The position numbers and the translations under genes were made by a program. The notes under the pieces are model-generated. The model did not search any database, was not told where the DNA came from, and saw nothing but the letters and a program-made list of their open reading frames with translations. Shown here in pieces: positions 1-10,998 of a DNA stretch of 40,482 bases; position 1 is the first letter of the stretch, and each line of letters starts with the position of its first letter. Location of the stretch: assembly GCA_032718475.1 (NCBI GenBank), contig JAUCBJ010003303.1, positions 1 through 40,482 of the forward strand. The letters run 5' to 3'. The DNA comes from Nemertoderma westbladi (Eukaryota > Animalia > Xenacoelomorpha).

Positions 1-415
1 TGTTCAAAGTATCTGACATCCTTTGGGTTCGTGTCAATTCAAAGCATCTTCCAATATTTGGGTCCGTGTGCAAAGTATATGACATCCTTTGGGTCCGTGT
101 TCAAAGTATCTGACATCCTTTGGGTTCGTGTGCAAAGTATATGACATCCTTGGGTCCGTGTTCAAAGTATCTGACATCGTTTGGTCCTTGTGCAAAGTAT
201 CTGGCATCCTTTGGGTCCGTGTTCAAGGTATCTGACATCCTTTGGGTCCGTGTTCAAAGTATCTGACATCGTTTGGGTCCGTGTTCCAAGTATCTACCAA
301 GATTTGGGTCAGTATTCAATATGTCTGCCAACCTTTGGGTCCGTCCTCAATGTACAGTATCTACCATCCTTTGTGTCCGTGTTCAACCTACAGTATCTGA
401 CATGCTTCGGCCCCA
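1..415. repeat. Degenerate ~30-31 bp minisatellite (consensus ~gtgttcaaagtatctgacatcctttgggtcc)
   Basis: The unit recurs about 13 times from the window start and decays toward 415. ORF 181-447 is a translation of the repeat. Confidence 0.9.
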
Positions 416-892
416 CATTAAATACTATCACTTACATTAGTAGGTGAATAGGGTAAATGGTATAGAAATTACCCAATAAGAAATCACCATGGAAAAGTTA
501 GTCAGAATCAATCATTTGATCTGATCCAAATTTATCCAAAAATTGAGGTTTTTGGGCTCTTTGTGGCTCAGTGCTTTCCTTATATTTGCATAATTTTTCG
601 CAGAATTAACTTTGATAGCATTAATTTAACACTGCGCAACATCTCCTGTGTCGGAGTGGGTTGGTGCCTCATTGCTTTATAGTGAAATGGTCATTTTTGG
701 GGTCCATGTGGGTGTTTGTGCATTTTAGCACTGCCCTTCTCTTTATCGTAGACCAAGGCGATACCTAATACAGGCCATGACATGGGAGGCCCATGCAAAA
801 TTAGCGGAGGCCGACCTACTTACTGTCAGACTGTAGTATGGTACTGTAGTAACAAATACTACATACAGTAAACCAATAAACAAGTATCTGAC

Positions 893-1090
893 TTGTTGGA
901 GCAGGTTGTTGTCTACATTGCTGGATATGTTGCCAAGAAAGTTCCACAATTTGCTCTAGAACCCGATGTTGTTAGTAACTACAATACGGACTTTATTAGT
1001 TTCCTGAACAGAGGAAAGTTACAATATCCTTCAGATCAACTTGTCAATTTGATTGTGTATTGTTACATTTGGTTTTCAAAGCGTGGATAA
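893..1090 (+). pseudogene. P-element/THAP9-type transposase C-terminal fragment
   Basis: YIAGYVAKK...FISFLNRGKLQYPS matches the C-terminal motif of P transposases (YIAGY...L.RG.L..PS). A likely tail (NNYC...KKKITQLK) resumes near 2777-2850 after the Penelope insertion. Confidence 0.75.
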
Positions 1091-1127
1091 GCCATTGAAT
1101 TTCTTTTGGAATCATATAAGGCATATG

Positions 1128-2776
1128 CTCGCTAATTCCAGGCTACGTACTGACGTACATACAGGGCTGCAGGGAATATGAACAAGCACACCGGCGGTTC
1201 CTGCAACTCGAAATACGACTCAAACAGAAGGATCTCTCTGCGGTTTCTAAACTCCTCGAACTCTCCATCGCGTCCCTCAAGAGGGATGTTAACTGGATCG
1301 ACCTCCATCATCTTGAACGTGTTGTTGGCAGCAGGGTCGCCAACCAGCCAACACCGATAAGGTTATTAGCAAGCGACTGACTAATAAACTAGCGTATCTA
1401 ATCCGTACACAAGCGCCCCCTCGACTAGATCCTAAGAAGGTTGTTCTTAACTTATCATCATATGTTCTGTCAGATACGGAACATGCTGCTTTGTCGAAGG
1501 GTCTTTGGCATTCGATACCGCCGAAGAAACTCAATCCCAATGTACTGCCGGCGTTCGAATGCTTGTATCGCCAGGTTCAACACGATCAGATCCTTACCAA
1601 TAAAGAACCGTTCCGAACGAGACTACGGGATATTGCATATTCCTCAGTGTTTGGATACCGTCAACCATCCTTGCATTTCTTTTCTAAGGACGAATGGACA
1701 GCAATTAATTTGCTATGATGTAACAGCTCGTTAATCATCGCCACAGCGGATAAAGGAAACTGTGTTGTTCTACTCAACCGCGCCAACTATATCCAGAAGA
1801 TGACTGACGTATTCACGGATACAACGAAGTTTAAACAACTAGACGATGGAGCCGAATGGTTGAAGTTGATTATTCGACGTGAAAACGTCCTTTGGAACTA
1901 CCTAAAGAAACTCAATAAACTTAAGATTTTGGATAATAACACGTATTCTTCCATTGCCCCGACCGGTACCGTACACACCCTAGCCGCCTTTATGGGTTAC
2001 CCAAAATCCACAAAGACGGATGCCCAACGCCCCTATCATGTCAGGATCTGAGTAAACGACGTATAACCTCTCAAAGTTTCTCTTACCACTCGTTCATACT
2101 ACGGCGACCAGCGAGTCTTCCGTTTCTGATTCCTTTTCCTTCGCTAAGGAAGTAACGGAGTTAAAGTTCGGGAGGAAAGTCCACATGGTGAGCTTCGATG
2201 TGAAGTCCCTGTTCACCAATATACCGCTGGAGGAAACCATCGAAATTGTGTTATCTACTCTCTACACAACGCCGACTCCTGACCCCTCCCGTTTTCGTCG
2301 TTGATAGTCCGATACTGATTAAGGGACTCAATAAAGAACAAATGAGAACTCTACTACGTTTTGCCCTGCATAATAATTATTTCACTTTTGACAATTCATT
2401 ATTTTAGTCAATGTGACGGCGTGGTAATGGGGTGGTCCCCCTTAGGCCCAGTTTTAGCTAATGCTTTTCTGGCCCATCACGAACTCAAGTGGCTTCAAAA
2501 TTGTCCCTCTTCGTTTAAACCTAAGTTTTACCATCGGTATGTCGATGACACATTTATAGTTTTTGACACAATAGAACAATCCAACTATTTTTAGCTTACC
2601 TAAACAAACAACATCCCAACATTGAGTTCACTTGCGAATCTGAAAATAATAGTTCTATATCTTTTCTGGATATTAAAGTAAATACAGCTTAGTGATTTTG
2701 GATTTTCCACTTCAGTGTATCGAAAACACACATTCACTGGCCTGTACACTAGTTATTACTCCTTCATCCCCTTCCA
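1128..2776 (+). mobile_element. Penelope-like element (PLE) reverse transcriptase, frameshifted and truncated at both ends, nested in the P element
   Basis: Ordered PLE RT motifs across frames: VLNLSSY.LS, ADKGN.VV, YGLPKIHK, VSFDVKSLFTNIP, GVVMG.SPLGPVLAN, YHRYVDDTF, HPNIEFT, FLDI, SVYRK.TFTG. The sequence stops before the GIY-YIG domain. Confidence 0.92.
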
Positions 2777-4585
2777 AACAATTATTGTGAACAGTGAAAG
2801 ACAACGTTGGATGCCGAAAGTACGAAGAAAAAGATCACACAACTCAAAACTTATAATTATTATTATTATTGTATTATTAATTTAAATATTATATGTCAGT
2901 TTCCACAATTAGCTTTATTTAATATAAGAAAATATTTTATCCGTGCGTGGTCACCAGCACTTTTCGTGTCTTGTCTAGGATCCGAAAACCGACACTTTAT
3001 GTCTATGAACTCTCTCTATAAACTGAGAAAAAATTTTTCTACAAATAACTCCATTTTTCGGACAACGTAAAAATAATGGGTCTCCCACGGAAAAGTAGCA
3101 AACTATTGAAAACAAAAATTGTCTTAAAAGATTCTCTAATAAAAGTTAGGATAAGTAATTAAATTTGGTAATCAAATGGTACGCACTTCTATGGTTCCTA
3201 ACGGTTCTACAAAGTCGGCCTCCACTAATTTTGCATAGGCCTCCCATGTCATGGCCTGTATTAGGTATCGCCTTGTCGTAGACAGTAGTGCTGATTGCTG
3301 AAGTACTGAAGTAGGCTTATACCTGTATACTGCTGTACTGTTATATAATTAACTCATAGTCTGATAGTGATCAGTCATACTACAGTACCAGACAGCCAGA
3401 GTACTGTCCAGCTGTCATATAGCTGCATAGGCCTACTTCTGTAGGCCTACTTAACAGCTTAATCTGTTAATGCATGCATCTGCCTAGGCCTATACCTGTC
3501 AGCCTGTATTTGTATACAGCTATCTACAGATCTATATACTGTAGGCCTACTGCAGTTAGGTACAATGGCCAAATCTGGCAACCTCAAAAGTTGCCACATA
3601 TGGCAATGTTTATTGCCAAATCTGGCAACTTTTGGTTTTTCTAATTTTCGCACGCCCAGAAGCAAAATCGCATTTTGGTAAATAGGTAAGTGAAAAGAGC
3701 GCGAAATTTAAATATAATTGACCGTATAAGAAAAAAAATCATCGTCTGAATTTCTCTTAGCAATAGGCCGAAATGTGCCTAAAATAATTATTGCCATTTT
3801 TGGCAACCATTATAATTAAATAAAAATAATGGTTGCCATTTTTGGCAACAATTACAGAATTATTATTGTGCAGCCCTGTCAGTTACTCTGTCCTGTCATT
3901 GTAGATTACTTCAAAATTGCTTACTGCTTGCTTACCCTTGTCGAGTTGTGATGATTTATAAACATTAGTCGACGAAATGTCAGAATGTAGGCCTTTATGA
4001 TATGTTGTTAAAAATGTTAATGGACAGATGGATGAGTATGTAACCAGGTAACAGATACCGTACTGGATAAAATTTGACAACGTGAACCTGAACATCACCA
4101 CAAGGCGGCAAGGTGGCATTAAAGTTTGAGAAACGGTGTGACAGAAGAAAAATCGAATTTGTGTCGAAATTCAAAATTCAGAAAGACTGAGAAAACCAAA
4201 ACGCGTGTTAAGAGATTCAACCAAATTGTTTCTAGTAAGCGTAGGCCCTAATGAAAAACGGGATGAAATTATTTTCATTATTATGTCTTTATGCTGTTAT
4301 GTAGGAATGGTACTGAATGGAAATATAGATATACTGAACTGTGAGTGAAGGATGATTTAGATTGCAGGGCAATTGTGTCAGCATTACACAGTCAGACAGT
4401 TACAATCTTTAACTATTATTGCAGTATTGGTACAAACAACACTCAAACACCTCCCCAAGCAGCGCCAGAGATTACTAGCAATAATAAGCTATCACCAGTC
4501 AGTCTGTGTTTGTGTTATTGATACTCATTCAGTCATTCTCACCTTACGCCTTATTTACGATTTATTAGGATATATTGCTGTAATT

Positions 4586-4719
4586 GGTCAGTAATGGTTG
4601 ACCGATGCGCCTGTAAATAGCCTCTCGTCAACAAGTCAACCCCACCGACTAGCGGTACTGGCTGTTTTTGCTGACGGGGCTCTGTCGAACAACGCGTCCC
4701 TGATAGCAGTAAAGGGGGT
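4586..4719 (+). ncRNA. HDV-like (nested double pseudoknot) ribozyme fold, possibly inactive
   Basis: P1 GGTCAGT(4586-92)/ACTGGCT(4657-63) with a G1-U wobble; J1/2 hairpin GTTGAC...GTCAAC; P2 ACCCC(4639-43)/GGGGT(4715-19); P3 ACC/GGT closing the 7-nt L3 GACTAGC; P1.1 AC/GT(4664-65); P4 TTGCT..GGGGC/GTCCC..AGCAG. J4/2 reads TAAA, so the catalytic C is not in its usual place. Confidence 0.65.
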
Positions 4720-5622
4720 CTCTTTATTGAGAGGCAGTATTATTATTGCCGCGGAACTGCCCCAACTCATCACCTCTCCCACTCTCGCTCTCCGACGAAA
4801 ATGAACATAAAATCAACATACACCAACCCACTACCCTATACTACACCGCGACACCCACCCACACCTACGATCTGAAAGATTGTACCCAATACTAAAAAAC
4901 AGGATAAGTTGAATCATACAACTAAAGCGGTAAGCTTGCAAGACGAATGCATGATTTACTGAGAATATCGGTCATAATCTCACTTCATGGAATACTGTAC
5001 ATATTGTTCAAAACTTTTACTAAATTAATTGCAATGCTCACCTATCATTTCGCGAGTGTCAATACATACTCTTACATACTCATGCATGTTAAAAATTAAG
5101 GTATAATTGGTACTGTACAAATCTGACAAATACTGGGATTGTAATTCAACTAGCATGATATAAACTAACGAACAAATTGGCAATTATTATGGCTGATATT
5201 TACTTCCTTTTCATGTATATTTTTCAGAAATATTTCAATTGCATTAATTTGCATATTTCCAGGCCCTTTCATCCCATTTTACCAAATTTTTTACTTTCAG
5301 GGATTTTAATTTCCATGCGGTATAGGGTTCCGCAACTTTTAGTGGCAACACTAGAGACATCTAACCCAGGGTAGGGTATTCCTTAAATACCCCCTGTAGG
5401 TGTTGGGCTGGGCTCCTATGGGTAAGATACAGCATAGCGCACTACCCAACTAACAAATTTCCAACTAAATCTTCCACTTTTTTTCTCTAAAACGCTCAAA
5501 CTACCGTCCCAACTTCAGAAAAACAGAATAAAATTGGATTAGTTAGTAATATATACTATTACTATTTAATGCAGGTTCCATACCTATAATGATAACGGAC
5601 AATATCTCTCCTAAATAAATAC

Positions 5623-8091
5623 TAGTGTTGAGAACTGAATCAATTTTGACTAATTTCAGTTACAGTTACAGTTTCAGTATTCAAAGTTTTGCATTTCAGT
5701 TACAGTTACAGTTTCAGTATTCAAAGTTTTGCATTTCAGTTACAGTTACAGTTTCAGTATTACAAAGTGTAACATTTCAGTTACAGTTACAGTTTCAGTA
5801 TTACAAAATTGAGCATTTCAGTTTCTGTTACAGTTTCAGTCATAGATTCAATATATATGATCTCACGTAGTAAGCAGTCATCTGAAACTAAAAATGAGGC
5901 ACTTTAATATATTACTGTAATATACGCTAATAATAATGTTCATTACGAAACGTCCTCTTTCTAGAGCTAATAGGTAGTTGTTGTAGGAAAGTTGGACCCA
6001 CGCTATGATAATATTTTGTAACTAATAATATACTGATAGTATGTAATGAAAGTGGCACGTCACAAGATCACATTAAAGGCACCCACATTTTACTGTACAT
6101 CTTGTTTCAGTGCTTGTACACTTATTGTTATCATTTATTGTTTTGGTTATAAAGCCAAGCCATGCTTCTGAATCCTGCTCATTTTCCTTAATTCGTAATT
6201 TGTTTTAGTAATCATATATTTATTGTTTTGGTTAGACCCACCTCGATAAGCTGCTCCTTTCACTTTTAAGTTTAATTTTGTAATTTATAATGGTAAACTT
6301 GATCAAAATTTAATTTCCAGTGTGCCTCTAGTGTGATTGTGATATTAATACTACCGGTAATAACATTTTTCAATTTCTATTTATTACTACAACATGCTCA
6401 AATGTAGCCATTATTGTTAGATTTTACAAGTAAACAAACTGAAGAAAATACTAAAGAATGTAAGACCGGTAAACCAGTGTCAGCAGTACGGTAAAGATAT
6501 GCACGTATTGTAATTTATAAAGTAATGTACATAGAACATGAAAACATAAATATAAAACAACTGAAAAAGTTACCCGAAACCGCGTTCTAATGTGGTTGTA
6601 AAATTTTATCGCGCCGTTGGGACGCCTTTGCCAAAAAAATTGCCAGACATTTGATTTTTTCAATAGAGTTTGAGCCTACTAAGTCTTTATATTTATTTAA
6701 TGTGGGGTTTCCGTGGTAACGAGCAGACAAATGAATTACTCTGAGATCCTGATAGACTGGGCATTTTAGCAAAAAGTGATTTCATCCTCAATAACCGCAA
6801 ACATACAGACAGGGCAATAACGTTCATTACGGGGTGTGCTATTCCATCTACCTTGCTCGATCATTAGGGAGTGAGATGATGTACGGAATCTCGCAAGCGA
6901 CCGACAGAGTCTGGGGTACCTGTGTAGAACATTCAGGTAGGATTCCTCCTGGAACAAATACTTAACGTAGAGCAGCGATTTGGGAGAAGAACTCACTAGT
7001 GACCACCACTGTTGGATATAATTATCTTGGAGTCGTGTCCTGAGCTCTGCTAAGAATAGGGTTTGGTGTTCTACGTACTGGTTGTCCCAAATTTCCCGGA
7101 AGCCTAAGGATCCTAGAAGGTCCCGAACATTGGAGGCCCAGTTAACTGAACTGAAAACCAAGCAGTCATGAAGTTGGAGAAGATAGGCCTTCTTAACGAG
7201 ACGGTAGTTAGGGAGATTCAAAATACGAATCCAATACTTAATAATACTAAGTTTTCTGGAAATTGAGAGCGGAAAACAACCAGTTTCACCATACACCATA
7301 AAATCGGGTGTCGAAGTCTTGACGCCGAGTATAAATTTAAGAAATTTTAGAACGATCCGATTAATAGCATCCGAATTATGAAAACCCCAAACTTCGCAGG
7401 AGTACATTAATATAGGACGGATAAGAGAATTAAACAGATGCAGCTTAAGTTTAAATGATAAATTGGGAACCAACATTAATAATTAATAATATAATATATA
7501 CAGTATATCCGTTAATATCCCTCTACCATTAGGCCTAACTTTTCTTTGTTTATCTAAAACATTTACATTTAATATGAAGCAAAAGTGGTGATAAGGCTGA
7601 TAATAGTCTAATAGTTGAGTCCGATGAGCATAGACTATATGCTAGATCTTCGTTCACTACTTGACTCTCCAAATAAATCACATTTGAGCTAAGTGGGCAA
7701 TGGGTCTTTGATTTTATATTGTGTAATATTATGGTTTTGTTCAGAAGTGGAAAAAACGAGATTGTTTTTTTTATAACAATGTTTTAAAAATGATACCTAT
7801 GGTAACCACTGTTATTCATTTATTAAACTATACTCTATACTTTATTACAATACTGTTTTAAATGCTTATTCATGTTAATTGTGTGATTGAGAACTGAATC
7901 GGATTTTGTTAATTTCAGTTTCAGTTTCAGTTATAGTATTCAAAATACGTAATTACAGTTTCAGTTACAGTTACAGTATTCAAAGTTCGCAATTACAGTT
8001 ACAGTTATAGTTACAGTATCAAAAAAATCATCAAAACCATTCAGTTACAGTTGCAGTTACAGTATAATTACAGTTACAGTTCTCAACACTA
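5623..8091. mobile_element. hAT-like non-autonomous element with (CAGTTA)n subterminal arrays
   Basis: 15-bp TIR TAGTGTTGAGAACTG at 5623-5637 and 8077-8091; 8-bp TSD ataaatac/ctaaatac (7 of 8 match). cagtta/cagttt hexamer arrays at ~5655-5840 and ~7915-8080. Confidence 0.8.
6587..7476 (-). mobile_element. 5'-truncated LINE (RTE-X/CR1-group-like) ORF2 C-terminus with CCHC finger
   Basis: LMYSCEVWG, VYGETG.FPL and LARFRTSSHSLMIEQGR...R.CPVC...EDE, then a frameshift near 6770 into KCPVYQDLR. This is the typical post-RT region of non-LTR elements. The clade is a best guess. Confidence 0.85.
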
Positions 8092-9237
8092 CTAAATACA
8101 CAACAAAACAATCCATCTAAACACTATTCCCCTACCAATTAACAGATTACCAATACATCTCACTATACCACATCAAAAATCAATGTCACACCACCACTGC
8201 CTTTTCATTACATTTATAATGATATCAACAACCCAAAGATACCCCATTTGCTATCATCTTATTGATAAAGCGCGATTTTATACCTCTGTTATAAGATAGA
8301 ATTATGGAGATAAATTTATACCCCTGTTATATTGAATATTCACCAAGAACAAACCAACAACATCTATGGGAAATTTTTTAAAACGAATAAACATGTCAAC
8401 TGTTGATTTATGACTCCAGCTAATGAATGGACTATAATAAACAAACACCAGTGACTCTCGAATTACAGACGTTCCAACCACCACGCAATGCTCCCATTCC
8501 TACACCATTAATGAAACACTCATAACCGACCTTAGGATTAGCCTCCCCTCCATTCCCCACACGGCGGGCAGTATTATTAGTCCTTCAGAATATATATCCC
8601 CTCACCCTCTATCTCTATGTCTACTACTAACCATTAAACACCCCCTCCCCCCCCTCACCCCACCACTAGGTCTACTACTAACCACTAACGGGTAGTTGTG
8701 CGTGGTAGAACCGCCGTGACTCATCCTCAGAGGATGTGGTGATTGGCAGGTTGACGCCTGTAGCATTATATATATATATTGCTGTAATTGCAGTATTGGT
8801 TAGAACTTAGAACACTGGAATATGCCACTACCGGTATAAGTATAACCTGGCCCTTACTGCCAAGTTGCCAAATATGGCAACAATGGCTTTATATAGTTGC
8901 CAAATGAGGCAATCAGAAATGTTGCCAGATTTTGCTTGGTTGCCAAATATGGCAATCACAATCATTGCCAGATTTGGCCATTGTACCTAACTGTACTGAT
9001 AGCAGATAGCGATAGGCCTATAGATATAATATAGGCAGATAGGCCTACCGACCGGCTAACCGGTACGGCATACGGCGGTACTTTACTACAGTACTTTTAT
9101 AGGGTATACCTGTATACCGTCAGACGTCAGACATGTATAAAACAATAAAATATGTGTAGTACCGCTCAGCCGCTGTACCGGTACCATACAGCCATATAAA
9201 TTTCTAGCATCGGTCTTGGTCTTGGGTCCTACTAAAA

Positions 9238-9365
9238 ACCGCAATTTACCGCAACTAACCGCAATTTACTGCAACTAACAGCAATTTACCGCAACTTACC
9301 GCAATTTACCGCAACTTACTGACTTATCGCAATTTACCGCAACTAACCGCAATTTACCGCAACTA
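9238..9365. repeat. 10-bp tandem repeat accgcaa(ttt/cta)
   Basis: About 12 copies with alternating variants. Confidence 0.9.
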
Positions 9366-9397
9366 ATTGTCTGATTGTCATTTTTAAGCAGCCTTAT

Positions 9398-9469
9398 GCT
9401 GTTATGGTCTAGTGGTGACAACCTTAGGCTTCCACGTAGGAGGCCCTGGTTCGATCCCTTGACCAGGCA
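9398..9469 (+). pseudogene. tRNA-derived sequence (tRNA pseudogene or SINE head; Gly-TCC-like loop)
   Basis: A box TGGTCTAGTGG and B box GGTTCGATCC at tRNA spacing; loop CT-TCC-AC. The anticodon and acceptor stems pair poorly. Confidence 0.65.
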
Positions 9470-9629
9470 ACACTGATTTTGTAGTGTTTTAAAAACGACA
9501 AAATTTACAATTACATTTTTCTAATAAGTAGTGTTTCTTCGATATGTAAATTATAGGCAGATAGGAGTTATTAGCAGATCCAATAATTTTAAAGTTTGAT
9601 GAATTAATCGGGTGGTCCTCCCCAGTGGC

Positions 9630-10537
9630 CCAGGTTGGAATTCATGCATGAGCGCGCAGGTACGCTTTGTTGTTTTGAAATCACCGCGCACCTGAAATTG
9701 GCTCGTCGCGCACCTCATCATATGTCATAATCCAAACAAAATCGCGCAGCTCATGTCATGCATATCTCAAAAAATCGCACAGTTCATAAGAACAATTTTA
9801 CATTCCTATTTTACAAGTTTGAGCGTTTTAAGCTTATCTTTACGTCTGTCTGTCTGTACGTTGAATCTAGGCTTACATAATAAATGTAATTTTTGCAACA
9901 TCAAAATTGTTAATATTAAAAAATATTTTTTTAATCCACTACTATGGTGGCCCATCGGGCTCACTGCTTTTATAACAGAAAATATTATTTTAGATTACAA
10001 ACAAAACATGTACCGGTAATTTCAAAAAAACGAATATTGAAATAGGTACCAGTCTGCCAATAATACTTTGTATAGGCCTACCTAACAATTAGGCTTAAAC
10101 ATACAGTTGGCTTATAATTAAGTCATACTTATAATACATTGTTACTTTCTGACTTTACCTGTTTACTAACGTAACATCGGCTTCGGCATAGCATAGACCT
10201 AATAACAATACAACAATAGAGTACTGTAGTTAAAATAAATAGACAAATTCAGCTCCGGTTGCCGGTATTACAGTATTATGGTGAAGTGATTTGACTGTTT
10301 GAAGAATTGGAAATGAGAAACAAATGCGAGCGCAGCGAGCGAAATTTTTTTGTGTATTTTCGTGATTTCAATTAATTTGTGGTGCGCATCAGAGGCAGAG
10401 CTGCGCGCTGAGGCGCAACGCGCACCTGTCTCACACCCGAACGCGCACCTGTCTCACCCAAACGCGCAACGCGCATCTGGTTTGCGGTCATTCGCGCAGG
10501 TACGCGTCCGAGTTTTGCAGCATGAATTCCAACCTGG
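9630..10537. mobile_element. Non-autonomous TIR element with 8-bp TSD (hAT-like) inserted in the PLE GIY-YIG region
   Basis: 18-bp TIR ccaggttggaattcatgc; TSD ccagtggc (9622-29) and tcagtggc (10538-45). The empty site tcctcagtggcgtg is visible in the sister copy near 15713-15726. Confidence 0.88.
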
Positions 10538-10998
10538 TCAGTGGCGTGATCGAATATAGCAGAGCTTTTGGGTGCGTTGAAGGTACTAGTAAGATATAAA
10601 AAACCAGAATGTTCCGCTACAGCTGTACAGGGCGTATCGCAAAGTTCCTTTTAGTGAGACCAATATCTGAATATAGGAAGCATTACAGCTACCACAGGAA
10701 TATAAATAAAGGATTTGCAAGCGCATATGTACTGGAATCTGGTCTTTATATTTGAAAAGGTTAGATACCGGTATACGGTAGGAAGGCTTGAAAATAACTT
10801 TCAGTACTACCGGTATATTACAAGAAAAGGCAGATCGGAAAAGTTTAATTAATCTCGCTTTAACTGGAATATTTGTATAAAGCGATTTTATGTCATAACT
10901 AACCATATAAACTTTTTTATTAAATTTAAGTGAAACAATTTCTTGAACGATAGAAAATGTATCATTAACGGAGTATATACTATTTTCTATTGGTTTAA

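Larger units (their letters stand above)
754..3275 (+). mobile_element. P-element-superfamily DNA transposon, internally deleted
   Basis: 62-bp TIRs at 754-815 and 3214-3275 (2 mismatches) begin CAAGG, with a perfect 8-bp TSD tcgtagac at 746-753 and 3276-3283. A transposase C-terminal remnant lies inside. Confidence 0.9.
4586..8774 (+). mobile_element. Non-coding non-LTR-type retroposed element (RTE-like derivative) with a 5' ribozyme fold and a (TA)n tail
   Basis: The direct repeat tatattgctgtaattg at 4571-4586 and 8775-8790 is read as a TSD, and a (TA)n run sits just before the right copy. The 5' end coincides with an HDV-like fold. The RTE assignment is inference. Confidence 0.65.
3553..8993. 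mobile_element. Non-autonomous TIR DNA transposon, outer layer of a four-level nest
   Basis: Perfect 29-bp TIR cagttaggtacaatggccaaatctggcaa at 3553-3581 and 8965-8993, flanked by tactg on both sides (3548-3552, 8994-8998). Subterminal palindromes TTGCCAnnnnTGGCAA cluster at both ends. Confidence 0.8.

Noticed and set aside
1-447. ORF 181-447, or a CRISPR-like repeat
   Set aside because: Contiguous degenerate tandem units with no spacers.
9398-9469. Functional tRNA gene
   Set aside because: The A and B boxes are present but the acceptor and anticodon stems do not pair properly.
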